Assembly: GCA_051362555.1 (NCBI GenBank)
Contig: CM120644.1
Location: forward strand, 9,370,954 to 9,434,953
From: Lingula anatina
Lineage: Eukaryota; Animalia; Brachiopoda
DNA length: 64,000 bases
Direction: 5' to 3'
Notes under the pieces: model-generated
Databases searched by the model: none
What the model was told of the DNA's origin: nothing
What the model saw: only the letters and a program-made list of their open reading frames with translations
In this document: piece after piece, positions 1 to 12,539 of the stretch
How positions within the stretch are numbered: position 1 is the first letter of the stretch
Layout: every line of letters begins with the position of its first letter
Program-made: the position numbers and the translations under genes

Positions 1-482
1 CTGAGATTGTTGGTTTCTTAATGAATTGATGAAGCATATTGCTTTGGAAGTTATGTAAAGGTTACTAGATGAAATGGGGGGAAAAACAATTTGCAGTGAC
101 ATTTATATACCTGTAGTATCATAACAGGATGCCAGGAATTGCAGTAGGGATGCTTTTAGATATCAAAACCAAACTGAACAATGAGGCTATTGATTGTCAT
201 TCACATCACCGTGGCAATGCAAAATAGGAAAGACATTTAATGGGCCATTACTCTTTCTAGATTTATATTTAAATTTGTGTACAAAAAAATCAACTCTTAA
301 TGACATTTTAGGGAAAGAAAGATGGAGGCCAAATATGAAAGGGAGAGGGAAGAAAGACAGATCAAACACCAGGAAAAGTAAGTATTTTGGTACTAATATT
401 CAAAATTTATTTAAAACATGCATTTGGTTTCTGATTCACAGCAGGGAACTTATTGATGTGTAAAGCCAGAAAAGATTAAAAG

Positions 483-655
483 CTGGGGTAGCGCTAACAC
501 TCGCCAATTTAGCCAAATGCTAAAACTGACTGAAATTGGCTAAAGAAAAAGGGCTTGGTTTGACATGTTTTCGCCAAATTATAACCATTTTGATAACAAA
601 TTGACAAAAATGTGATGATATGGCTAAGCGAAAATAATTGCTAGCGCTATCCCAG
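483..655. mobile_element. MITE-like element with terminal inverted repeats (intron of PTTG1IP)
   Basis: CTGGGGTAGCGCTAAC at the left end and GCTAGCGCTATCCCAG at the right end are near-perfect inverted repeats. AAAAG lies immediately outside both ends (possible 5-bp TSD, but low complexity). Confidence 0.65.
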
Positions 656-701
656 AAAAGTAAACGAAACTGGATTGTAATAGTGTCTTCTTTTTATTCA
701 G

Positions 702-748
702 GCGCAAAGAGCGGGAGAGCAAATATGATGACATCAGAAAGAAATATG
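702..748 (+). CDS. PTTG1IP: PTTG1-interacting protein (PBF), penultimate coding exon; earlier exons lie upstream of the window
   Basis: Acceptor ttttattcag and donor G|gtaagc flank a 47-nt exon reading RKERESKYDDIRKKYG, which matches the recalled C-terminal HDEIRKKYG motif of PTTG1IP. Confidence 0.88.
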
Positions 749-1726
749 GTAAGCAACTACACGGGCTATTAACTATTCCATTTTTAGCATGTTCATTTTC
801 CCATATCTGGTTTAGACTTTCATGTGTTTGGGCTGCCTAGTAGATATAAAGAAAGCGAGAAAAAACGCTATCCAGTGTTATGGAACTAGTTTGAATGTTT
901 GTGTACTGCACTGGCTCTGTTTGTGTATAGGGAGCATTTACTATGTAAAGATAACTTGACAATTTGATATTGAGTACACTGCTGTTGTCTTATAGATAAT
1001 TCCACAGCATTTTCCCCCTTCTGTAACATCTTTGTCCATCTGTAACAATACCTTTATCTCATATGCCCAGTAATAAAATATATTAAACATTTCTTAATGC
1101 TGTTATATTTTTTAATAGCAATAAAAATGATATAATATAGAATACTAGTTGTTTCAGAAAGGGAAATGCTGTACATTTGGCTTGATCAGATATTGACAAT
1201 TATTAGAATTATTGAGATAAAATGAGATGGTTTTTTGTCAACCAAATGAAAATATTGGTCGTTTGATAAAGAAAGGGGGGAGGGGGTGCAAAAAGAGTAA
1301 AGCATGCAATATATATATCTATCAGTGTAGTAACATGAACCTTTGTCTCTCATCCTTGCACTCAGGACTACAAAAAGGAGGTAGGATATCAAATTAGTGA
1401 CATAAGATAAAGCACATAAAATTCATGGCCATGGAACTGTATTTTGAGAATTGAGTGTTTTCACTTTTTGATTTGTGCCACATTTATAAAAGCCTTGACA
1501 GAATTAACTGATAGGCACATTTTATATCTTGTGTTTGGAGGTTTATGCTTTAGATTTGAGAATACAGTTCCTATGGTTTAGAATTATATCTGTCTCTTTC
1601 ACTTGTCACGTTGTTGACATGTTTTAGCCTTCTGTTTATTTGTGTTTTTGAAGTGCTGTTGATAACACTCTGATGCCTATCCCTCTGTTGGTAACTGTGT
1701 CCTTTCTGTTTAGAAACAAATTTACC

Positions 1727-1769
<43 letters not shown>

Positions 1770-1772
1770 TTT
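1727..1772. repeat. (TTTA)n microsatellite
   Basis: About 11 tandem TTTA units. Confidence 0.95.
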
Positions 1773-3126
1773 GATAGTATTCACTATTATTGCTCTGCAC
1801 AGGCTTCATCCTAACTTGATACCACAAAGGCTAGAGTCAGGTGTATGAATCTAGCCAGCTTGAAAGGGTCTGTTAGGACAAGGGCTACTTTAAATGGAAA
1901 TGGGACAAACATCCCAGTTGGATTTTAAATAATCAAGATCTGAAATGCATGACACTCAGTGAGGTGATTCGTTCTGAATCTATAAAGAGTGGGTTTGAAA
2001 CTTTTCAGAGATGTCTTTTTGAATTACAGAACATCAGACTGCTGGCAAAATTTAAGTATTTTTATGGTGGTATTAGTTGAACTGTTTTCATAAATTTCTG
2101 TTAAATTCAAAGTGGGTTTTGTCTAAACAGACAAGCCATGTGGCTCAGGATGTGTTTCATCACAATTCCAGATTTTGAAATCTCTAGTGCCTAAGATTTC
2201 AAGGTAGAGCGATTACCTTGTCATAAAACTCTTTTATCTCAGACTTTCAGCAGGAAATATGGGGGTATTGTCTATAAAATTGTTCTCAGGAGGACTTCAT
2301 GTGATACTTCTGGTTATTTTTAAGTAGGTTTTAGGGCTATTATCTTGCACATGGTTTCTGGTTTGGCATTAAGTTTTATTTATCTCATGAGGCAAGGGTT
2401 TAGTTGAACTTTTCCTCAGGAAAGGGCAGGAAGAAACTATACATGCCTTAGTTGTATTAAATACCACTGTATGCAGTGGTTTATGTTTAATTTAGTTGCA
2501 AAAAATTTTTTGCTGGTCAGTTGACATATATACATTGTCAAAGCTGCTGATTAATTTTTGCTGAAAGGAATAAATCATTAATTTTTAATTTGTAATACAG
2601 TCACTATTACAGTATTAATTAAATCATACAAATATCCACATCAGATGTGATATTTAGATAAATTAAAAGCTATGATTTATTACAATTCGCTAAACAGATT
2701 TGCCAAAATAGTGCTGTCCACACCTTCACTCTATTTAATGCACAGAGGCAGACATTGGGCACTTTAACACCTTTATCTTGTTAATGATTAACTTACCTGT
2801 TATCGTGACAGAAATTATTGATTTAGTAGCATTTAAAGCTGCAATATCATTTCTAAACTTTAGTATTGTAAAAACCAAGCTAGAGTGTCTTGCAAAGGCC
2901 AAATGTTTTACAGTGCAGGAGAATTTTCTTTTTTTTTTTTAAATGTATAATTTGAAAAAAATAAGAACAATTTAGTTTCAAAGAAAATGTTGATTATTTT
3001 TCTGAGGAAAATGGCAAATAGTTTTCCAAATTTACTAGATTTATTGATTCAGAAGCAAATTTCAAAACAATTAGCGAGTGCACCTGGGCCTTTGAATCTA
3101 TGCACTTTATTATTTTATCTTTTCAG

Positions 3127-3170
3127 GTCTTTTTAAGGAAGACACCCCGTATCAACGATTTGATGCTTAG
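3127..3170 (+). CDS. PTTG1IP: PTTG1-interacting protein, terminal coding exon
   Basis: Acceptor ttttcag, in phase with the 702-748 exon, reads (G)LFKEDTPYQRFDA*. Compare the recalled human GLFKEENPYARFENN; the YxxF motif is retained. Confidence 0.9.
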
Positions 3171-4274
3171 GATGAGTCTGTCTTGACAGTGATGCAATTA
3201 TAGATGGCGTCCAGGTGGAGTGTGGGACATCATTTGACCGGAAATCCATTTTAAGACTGATCATCTTTTTGTTCACGTTTTCATATATCACAAGTGTTAT
3301 AGCTTCATGAGGACAGAACCAGGAAAGCAGTTAGCTTTGTTGATAGGTAAAATCTTTAAAGACCTGAAGCTCAGATAATAGCTTTTTGGTGCAGCAAGTG
3401 TTATTGTATGAAATGTATTTACCATTTCCACTTATGACAAATTATTTTCTAATATTTAAGCCTGAAATCAAAACAATATTTGTATTTAAATAACTGAAGG
3501 TCCATTACACTCTGAAGATAGATAGTTACAAAGAGGCAATATTTTCACAAGTTTGATGTCAGATTGTTGTTAAATTGTTGTTTAGTTGTTTGTTGATTGC
3601 ATTGATTAGTGTGCATATATTTCATGATTAAAATGAATTCAAAAGTAAAAATAATAAAGGTCCATCCTTAAAATACCAGTCCTATTAATCCTTTCATAAT
3701 TGAAGTAATTATTTTTTGGGACAAAGTGTATAGTAGTACCTTCATTGATTATAATTATGGATTCATTCCATATTTTTTAAGGGATGAACCTCCGTGTACA
3801 TTTTGTTTAAAAGCTGTTATTTGTTACTCATGCTGATTGTTTGAAATGCATTGGTGAAGTGAAATAATCAAAATTTATCTCTGATCCCTATATACATATA
3901 TATGTTATCTTATACACAGTACTCCTCTTCACAGTTCAGAAGGGTTGATAGAGTATTACTTCTTGCCTGATGTCAGTGCTTTGTAAAAACTTATGGTTGA
4001 TTATCAGTAGACTTACTAGATGTAATGGAGGAAAGGAATGTAGTGTGAGTGTTTTTTCCACACCTGCTATATGCCCTCTGCATTAAAACGAAAGCAAACC
4101 TCTGAAAATGCTTCATGGCAATATTTGTATTTGTAAGGTGGATTATAGAGATTATGCAAGTTGAGCTGAGGCGAAAAATCGTTAGATCAACTGCCTGAAG
4201 TGATGTGAAGGGTTTGGTTTAAAGTGATGCATTTCACCTAATATTACATTTTGAATTGTAATGCAACATATTTT

Positions 4275-4280
4275 AATAAA
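4275..4280 (+). terminator. Candidate polyadenylation signal for PTTG1IP
   Basis: AATAAA followed by a T/GT-rich tract (ttccgttttgttgt) about 1.1 kb after the stop. Other AATAAA hexamers are nearby. Confidence 0.35.
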
Positions 4281-4860
4281 TTATATTGACATTATTATTT
4301 CCGTTTTGTTGTAACTTGACAGAAACATAAATGACTAAAGTTGTAGTGAAAAAAGAAGAAAAAAAGGATCCATTACACAAAATAATTATAGTACCAAAAT
4401 AAACAATTATTACTTTGACCCAAGTTCAGTCTACTCGAGTTAAAGATAAATCCATATGTAGTTGTCCAAATAATATTTTATAATTATATTCAACTTTGAG
4501 GCATTGTTTCCCCCTCTCCTTTATTACCAAGGAGACAGTATTTATATTTTTAGTGCACCCCTACTTATTTTGTGTTACTGTGGACATGAGTTTGATCTAA
4601 AGTTCTAGACCAATTTTCAGGTCACAGTGCTTTATGGATGCCATTGTTCTTCAAAGTGTGCATTTTTTACAAGGAAAAAAGTGCCTTCTTTAAAAGTTGA
4701 ATATAATGCAGTCAATCAGTTTTCTTCCAAAGTGCCCAATTTCAGTCTGCCATGGAGCAGGCAAAGAGGGTCAAATGAATGCTATAGGTGAGACTACCAT
4801 TGCACTAAGTCGCATCTAATGCAATGCATCAAGTAGCTTTCACCAGCAGGTGAAATTTTA

Positions 4861-4909
4861 AGGTCAAGGTCACGAGGTCAGCGTTCAAATTGAGGCTGTT
4901 CATTCAGTT
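4861..4909 (+). promoter_or_regulatory. Candidate core promoter: three AGGTCA half-sites followed by an Inr-like TCAGTT
   Basis: AGGTCA at 4861, 4867 and 4875; TCAGTT at 4904-4909; local CpG enrichment; strong donor CAG|GTAAGA at 4979/4980. Confidence 0.5.
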
Positions 4910-4979
4910 GCACAGGTCGAGACAAAGTTGTTCGTAGTGAAGAGAAAAGGCGGACTTCTTCTCGAACTAGCCGATACAG
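4906..4979 (+). other. Putative first (non-coding) exon, most simply of TMEM198
   Basis: Runs from the Inr-like motif to a consensus donor (CAG|GTAAGA). No other + strand coding gene was found before TMEM198. Confidence 0.45.
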
Positions 4980-7900
4980 GTAAGATTAAGTTAAAATATA
5001 ATCACAAAATATTGTTTCTTGGATGACCAGAGACAAAAGCAAGTGATAGTGTTTTAGGTGGAATTGTTGAAAATTATTCTAGCATGTTATTCGGCCGACT
5101 GGCTTGCCTCTCGTACTGAAGTCTAGGGCAGAAGTAGCAGTACTGGCAGTAGTGATAGACCAGTACACCGGTGAAGTATTTTCACATCTAGGCTGCATGG
5201 GCAAAAGTTTTCATGATTATGCCTTATTGCAGGATTTTCAGTCTTAAAATGTTATCGTTATTTTTCTTAATGTGGTCTTAATGCGATGAGAAATGGCAAG
5301 AGCTCTGCGTTTTCAGGATTTTTCCGTTGTCTACTTTCACCGCTGAAGTTTCTACTCATCTCTACTCACTGACAATTAGCTTGTCAGAGATTTCTGGGTT
5401 TTAGCGTAGAATTCCTGCTTAGCTTGTCTTCTTTCACTTTTCACTTTTGATACAAGCCTTAGATCTAGATTCTACATGTAGTCTAAGACAAATAATGAAC
5501 TTATGAAAAAATAAAATTCAGCTAAGACTCAGGTTTATATGTTTATTTTTTGTAAAAGTAGTAGAAATATGCTAGCTTATAACAAGAAACAGAATCTATT
5601 TACCATTATGTTATCATATAATCGTATGTATTAATTTCATGTTTGCTCCAACAGGAAAATTTTTATGTGCATTGGTTTTTTGAATATATGCAAAAGGTCT
5701 CAAACATTATCGTTCTTCTTCAGTACACTTCAGCCCATTTTAAATGTTCCAGTTAAATCTGGCAACAGTAGTTGCACAATACAAGCAAGCTGTTTTGTCA
5801 GTTAACTGCTTTTAAATCTGTTTCCGATAAACAACAACATAATCTTTCACAGCATAATCAGATAAGCTAACAGGAGAACATTGTAATCAGATTAGGGAGA
5901 AACTGTGTGCCGATGTTATTGACATTTTTACTATTGGGCTTTTCTGTTTGCCTGTTAACACTTGGCTTATAAACGAGCTTTCTTTTCTCTTGAAATCACA
6001 CCAAAGCTGAGATTAATGTGCTGTTTGGGATATTGGTTGCCTTGATAGACTAGCTGCTACCATGCAGTTACTGGTAAGACTTTCACAGTCAATGTCAAGG
6101 CAAAATTTGAAATCTTCCAGCCAGAGCAATTAAAACTTTATAAAGTAGTGAAATTGTAGCATGTTGTTATTATTTAGTGTAGTCAAATATGCATAGTGTA
6201 CATGTTAGTAATTCTTTTTTTTTTTTAGCTAAATATGTTTTTTTAAGCAAATGCAGTACTTGCTATAGTCCTTCATTAAAACATTGTGACAGTACTTAGT
6301 GAGTTTAAATAATGAAATAATTCAAGAATTAGACAAATTAATCTGTCTTGTAATATATATATACTAGTACAGAACTGGACTGCTTACCCTTAGCATGAAA
6401 TTAACAGCGCTTAGTTCACATAGATTGATATGTAAAATCTTCATTAGATAACATAGGCGTATATTGATTACATTCACCAATTCACCGACTAGTGAATGCT
6501 TTACATGGCAATCGCCTATGTTGGAGAATGATTGTAAAATACATGAATTCATAAGAGAGTCAATTTCAAAAGATACATTAATTATTTTATAAATTAAAAT
6601 ATGAACTCATAATGCAATGCAGATATTTTATCATCGGAAAAAAATATCGACAGACTTCTGGAGTTTTTCAATCTCCACTCCTTACATTTCTAAATAGCGA
6701 CATCTCCACAGAAATGGATTTAATACAGATGCAAGTATTACATTAAACTCCTAAACTGCATTTATTATTGATCCATATAGGTTCGTTTTTGAATTGCAAT
6801 TAATAACTTATCTTTGAAACAGGGGAAAAACTACACTCAAATTAGTCTAAAAAACATCATATATTGGTAGTGAATGTTAATCTACAAAGCGATCTGTATA
6901 CTTTACACAGTGCTGAGGTTCATCCATTCTTTATAAATACGGGTAGTGTTACAGTGTAAACTTATTCTTTAGGTGTAGTAATAGTATTGTAAGTGTACTT
7001 TGAATAGAACCTGCCCGGCGAGACAGAAATAACATGCTTTCTTTTTACTTTCTGCAGCTCACTGATTCAGGTAATAGCGAGGGAAGAAAAATAGGGAGAA
7101 CTTAATATACTTTCAATACAGTTGTGTGCATTTGTCTGTAATTTTATTGCTTTACCATTTATGTATTTAAGGGGTAATTCTTTGACCATACGTGTTAGGC
7201 TGGAAACTCTACTCACTATTCTAACAAAAATGGAGTTGGGACACTTCTAGTGATACTTTTTTAAACCAAAAAAAAAAAAAACTTGGTACAATTTTTAGGA
7301 AGATTTTTTATTCCACACTAATTTTATGTGTATAATACGTGTATATATGACTATAATTATATTTTTGCTCCATTATGCTCACCTGAGCAGAACAGCAGCT
7401 GTACACAGGTGAGATAACCAAGAGAACCAGCAGGTACTACTAGTTGCTTACAGTAGTATATAGGGCTGCTATATAACAAGAATTGGTGCGTAATATATAC
7501 TGTATATATGCCAAGAACAGTTGTACTAGTAAGTAGTGTAAACCGTGATTTTCTTCTTCCGTGTCAATTTTTGGATGCTGTTTATTTATTCATTGGTGCT
7601 TTTTCTTCTGGAAAATATTGTGCAAGACTTTTTTTTTGGGGGGGGGGGGGGGATAATTCTTTGTTGGGCCTTGAGTATTATTTATAGCTAGTTCTGCCTG
7701 CGTCATTTTTGTTGATATTGACGTACTAGTAATTCCAAAACTGCCAAGTATGAACACGCTCCTGGGTTAAGTCTGATCTAGGTAGCTCCTAGTCTACATT
7801 TCTTACATAACATGCACTTATTATCTGTCTAAGAACTTTCATCTTTGCAGTTTCATTATGGATAAGATACATCAGGGGCTACACAGAGCCACTTGGTTTA

Positions 7901-8506
7901 ATTGTCACTTTTCTGGCTTGGAGGGTGAAAAAGACTTCAAGCTGCGAATTTTCCATTAATTTCATAGCTTTAAATAGAAAGCAGTCTGTTTTTGTCGGTA
8001 TTGAGCAGATTTCTTATGGGAATAAGGCAACTGAGCTTGTGATGTTTCTCATATATATTAATCAGTTCTTAACCTTTTAACCGACCACTTTTCAATCTTT
8101 AGCAGATTAAGGAAGGTTGGGAGGAGGGCAACTGTTGTGTTTTGTAACTTCTTAAGTAGCGGGTATTGTTTTGTGTTTCCTGTAAAGAAATGTATTATTC
8201 ATCTCTGAAATTATGTAGTAGTAGTTGTTTTGCAGATCTATATGATAATTAAAAACATTCCTTACTAGTACTGGCCTGTTTGTCTGTGCTTTAAGTGTTA
8301 GATAAATAAGTAGTTATGGCATAACTCTTTTTTTTTTTCTTTTTTTTTCATAACAGGTACTTGTAAAGTACATAAGGCTGGGCATATAGATGTGGAGCTT
8401 TGTCTTTTTATGTACAGACACAGATGTGTCTGTACATATAGCCATCATCTGCGTCTGTCGTCGCCGTCGTCGCTGTCGCCGTCGTCGCCGTCGCCGTGCA
8501 CTTTTA

Positions 8507-9800
8507 CCGATAACACGATAAATGGAAAACTTTTTTCTTTTGGTATGAAACTTACAGAACTGATGAATATTCATAATACGCAGGTCAAGTTCGAAAATCA
8601 GCATGATTGGGTCACTTTTAGGGAATTTATGCTGTTTTTTCACTTTTTTCAGCATATATGCAGCACTGATAACACGATAAGTGGAAAACCATTTTACCTT
8701 TTGGTATGAAACTTACAGAACTGATGAATATTCATAATACGCAGGTCAAGTTCGAAAATCAGCATGATCGGGTCACTTTTAGGGAATTTATGCTGTTTTT
8801 TCACTTTTTTCAGCATATATGCAGCACCGATAACACGATAAGTGAAAAACCATTTTACCTTTTGGCTTGAAAGTTACAGAACTGATGAATATTCATAATA
8901 CGCAGGTCAAGTTCGAAAATCAGCATGATCGGGTCATTTTTAGGGAATTTATGCTGTTTTTTCACTTTTTTCAGCATATATGCAACCCCGATAACACGAT
9001 AAGTGGAAAACCATCCTACCTTTTGGCTTGAAACTTACAAAACTGATTAATATTCATAATACACAGGTCAAGTTCGAAAATCAGCATGATTGGGTCATTT
9101 TTAGGGAATTTATGCTGTTTTTTCACTATTTTTCAGCATATATGCAGCACCGATAACACCATAAGTGGAAAACCAATTTACCTTTTGGCTTGAAACTTGT
9201 AGAACTGATAAATATTCATAATACGCAAGTCAAGTTCGAAAATCAGCATGATTCGATTATTGTTAGGGAATTTATGCTCTTTTTTCACTTTTTTCAGCAT
9301 ATATGCAGCACTGATAACACAATAAGTGGAAAACTGTTTTTTCATTTGGCTTGAAACTTACAGAACTAATGAATATTCATAATACGCAGGTCAAGTTTGA
9401 AAATCAGCAAGATCGGACAATTTTTATGGAAGTTATCCTGTTTTTTTTTTTTTTTTTTTTTTTCAATTTTTTCAGCACTTTTATAACACCGATAACATGA
9501 TAAGTGTAAAAATGTTTTTCCTTTCCTTGGATTGAAATTTACAGAACTGGTGAATATTTATTATATGCAGGTCAAGTTTGAAAATTGGCATGATTGGACT
9601 ATTTTTACAAAAGTAATGCTGTTTTTTTCCCTTTATTCAGCATACATGCAACACTGATAACGCATTTTAAGGAAAACCAATCAGCCTTTTGTCTTGCAAC
9701 TCACAGGAGTGATCAATCTGACCAGTATACAGATCAAGTTTGAAAATAAGCTTGATCAGTTAAGTTTTGATGAAGTTATTAGCCTTTTTGTATATAAGTG
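8507..9800 (+). repeat. Tandem array of about 8 x ~161-bp units inside the HINE
   Basis: Unit starts (C(C/T)GATAAC) at 8507, 8666, 8827, 8988, 9150, 9311, 9489 and 9654. The shared core is GCAGGTCAAGTTCGAAAATCAGCATGAT; units diverge towards the 3' end. Confidence 0.95.
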
Positions 9801-10535
9801 GTTTTTCTTCAGATTTAATTCTTAAGCATGTTAACAGTCTCATAACGGTACTAATTGGATATGTTAAAGTGTTGTTTTAACATTTTCTGCTTCTTAACAA
9901 TATTGTTAGTTGATTATATAAAAATGACGGTAAACCTATTATCCTGCATTGTGTAATAAAGTATCAAAAATGGAAAGGAACTCATCATTGCAGTTCGTCA
10001 GATTCAATCATTCACTATGTTCAGAATCTCCAAATGGAGCTAATTGGACATTATAAATTGTTCTATTGATATTTTTCCTATGTCAACAATTTTCCTAGTT
10101 GATCATTTAAAAATGACAGTTAATTGATGATGGTTTTATGTAAAAAAGGTGTTGAAAATGGAAAGAAAATCATTTCAGTACAGTTATCTCTTGTTAACAT
10201 TTTGGCATTTTGAAAGTGTGACCCTAACTTCCATGTCCTTGGAGACCTTTCCATGAATATCCATGATACTTTTATTTTTTTATAAAAAATTTGATGGTCA
10301 TTATGCTGTTAAGTATTATGTTATATTGCATGAAAGTTAAAGAAAACCCTATTTTGGACACTGCTGCCAGGATAGCGATTAAGGGAAAACCATGTTACTT
10401 ATGATAATCAACCTTACTGAAAAGAGTGAAGTGCAGCTTGTGTTGGAAAACCATCGTAATTGTTTTCTGTTTTGAAAGCAATGCAGTACAGTGCTATTTG
10501 GTGCAATAAATGTATATGGATAGTAGGCAGTTAAT

Positions 10536-10617
10536 TCAGGGTTATAAAATAATTTGCTTAATTGATTTTCAAGTTATTTCAGGGTTATAAAATAATTTGC
10601 TTAATTAATTTTCAAGT
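10536..10617. repeat. 43-bp tandem duplication
   Basis: TCAGGGTTATAAAATAATTTGCTTAATT(G/A)ATTTTCAAGT occurs twice, 43 bp apart. Confidence 0.9.
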
Positions 10618-12350
10618 GGATATTAAATGAGATTACATAAACACACATTGAGATTTCATTGTAAAGTCCCATCGGTTTAGCTTTCTTAACTGTGTCACAT
10701 AATTAGGAATCGATGATTATTATGCAGGTAAATGTTATTTAATATGGAAAATAAGTTTACAAAAAAAAAAAAAATTTGTGTAACGCTTACATTAATGCTA
10801 AAGATGAATAACAGTGCCTTATTATTCTCAAACTCAATAGGGTTATTCATATCATGTTAGTAATTGTACAGCTAGATTAAAAGTTTGAATAGCAGCTTTA
10901 TTGGTATTTTTTGTTATGTTTTATTTTACATTTTCTTTTAATTTTTTTATGCTGTTTTTTCACTTTTTTCAACATATATGCAACATTAATAACACAATAT
11001 AAGAAAAACAGCTTAGCCAATTGTCATTATACTCACAGGAGTGGTCAATCTTACAAAAATGCAGGTTGAGTTCGAAAATCAGTGTTATCGGGCCATTATT
11101 TTAGAAGTTGTACTGTTTTTTCAAATTTCCTCAGATTCAATTCTTAGGCATGTTAACAGTCTCATTATTGAACTAATAAGATACGTAAAAGTGTGTGTTT
11201 GATATTTCCTTCATCTTTACAACATTGTTAGTTGATTATGTAAAAATGATGGTAAACTTGTTATCATGTATTGTGTAATCAAGTGTCCAAAACGGAAATA
11301 AACTCATATCATTGCAGTTTGTCAGATTCAATCATCCACATCTGCCATGATGACCATGATGGGAAAACCGTGTTAGTTATGATTGTCAAACTTTCAAAAA
11401 AGAAACACAGGACTAAAATGCAGCCCAAGTTGGAAAAGCAGTCTAATGGGCTTCTTTTTCTGGAAGTTATTCATTTTAGTGAAATATTCATTATCTTTTT
11501 GGCATATTCATTGTGGGACTCGGAGCTCCCATGGACATGAAGCCGGATGGTAATCAAATTTTCTACATGTTCATGCTATTTATAGTCAATAATCAAAAAT
11601 TGGTGATAATTATTCTATAATTTATTATGTAATGTTACATCAAAATTGACAATAATCTTTTTGCACTGCTACTGCAAACATTATGAAAAGAAAACTGTGT
11701 TATTTATTATTATATTTAACTTAAGAGTATGATTTTTAGGATTGGCATGCAGTTCAAATTAGAAAGCCAGGTCAGTTGGGTTATCATTTATTATTGAATT
11801 TAATGCAATTTTGTGTGAAATTTCATTTTTCTCATTCTGGCACTTTCTAAGTATAAACTTGAACTCTGATGGGCCTGAAGTCTTATGCTTTTACTCTCAT
11901 CGGTGTTACCTGTTGTGCAAAATTAAAATTTGATGTTGACTGTGCAGTTAAACATAATGTATTATTGCATCAGAAGTGGTAGTCTCCTATTTTGTGCATT
12001 ATTGTTTTGTGCTCTTCTTAAGTTGTGACTTATGGGCCTGAAAGACCTTTGAGAGGGTCAGTCTATAAATTTCCCTTGGGTATCACTTCGCTAATTTCAG
12101 TTATAAAGTAATTTGCCTAATTGATAGGCTACATAAAGCACACTTGTGATTTGAGATTACATAAAGCACACTTGTTGATATTTCCCTGTAAACTCCCATA
12201 GGTTAAGCTCTCTGCTAGATTAATAATAAGGAAGCAGTGATAATTATGCAGGTAAATTTTGTTTAATATTGCAAATAAGTTTTATATATATATATATATA
12301 TATATATCAAACTGAAAGATTAAAAGTTTGAATAGCAGCTTCATTGGAAT

Positions 12351-12539
12351 TATATTTACCTCTGCCAAGGAGGTTATATTTTCACCCCTGTTTGTCATCA
12401 ACATAACTCAAAAAGTTATGGACCGATTTTGCTGAAATTTTCAGGAACTGTCAGAAGTGGGCCAAAGAGGACAAAAATCAATAATAATCAACAATTGCTA
12501 CCTTGGCAGAGGTCTGCACTCTCGGAGTGCTTTTCTAGT
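12351..12539 (+). mobile_element. Short HINE-like element nested in the larger HINE
   Basis: ACCTCTGCCAAGG (12358-12370) is inverted at CCTTGGCAGAGGT (12501-12513), followed by the hairpin GCACTC-TCG-GAGTGC and CTAGTT. The paralogous site near 10905 lacks the insert. Confidence 0.85.

Noticed and set aside
5190-5345. Degenerate MITE-like segment
   Set aside because: The termini are only weakly inverted and no TSD could be identified.
8314-8655. 113-aa ORF with a poly-Arg (protamine-like) run
   Set aside because: It is the reverse translation of the (GTC/GCC)n microsatellite and satellite unit in the HINE; there is no gene structure.
8507-9800. Regular repeat arrays here and at 28611-29905 as possible CRISPR arrays
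   Set aside because: Whole units repeat with no unique spacers, units are 146-161 bp, the context is eukaryotic and no cas genes are present.
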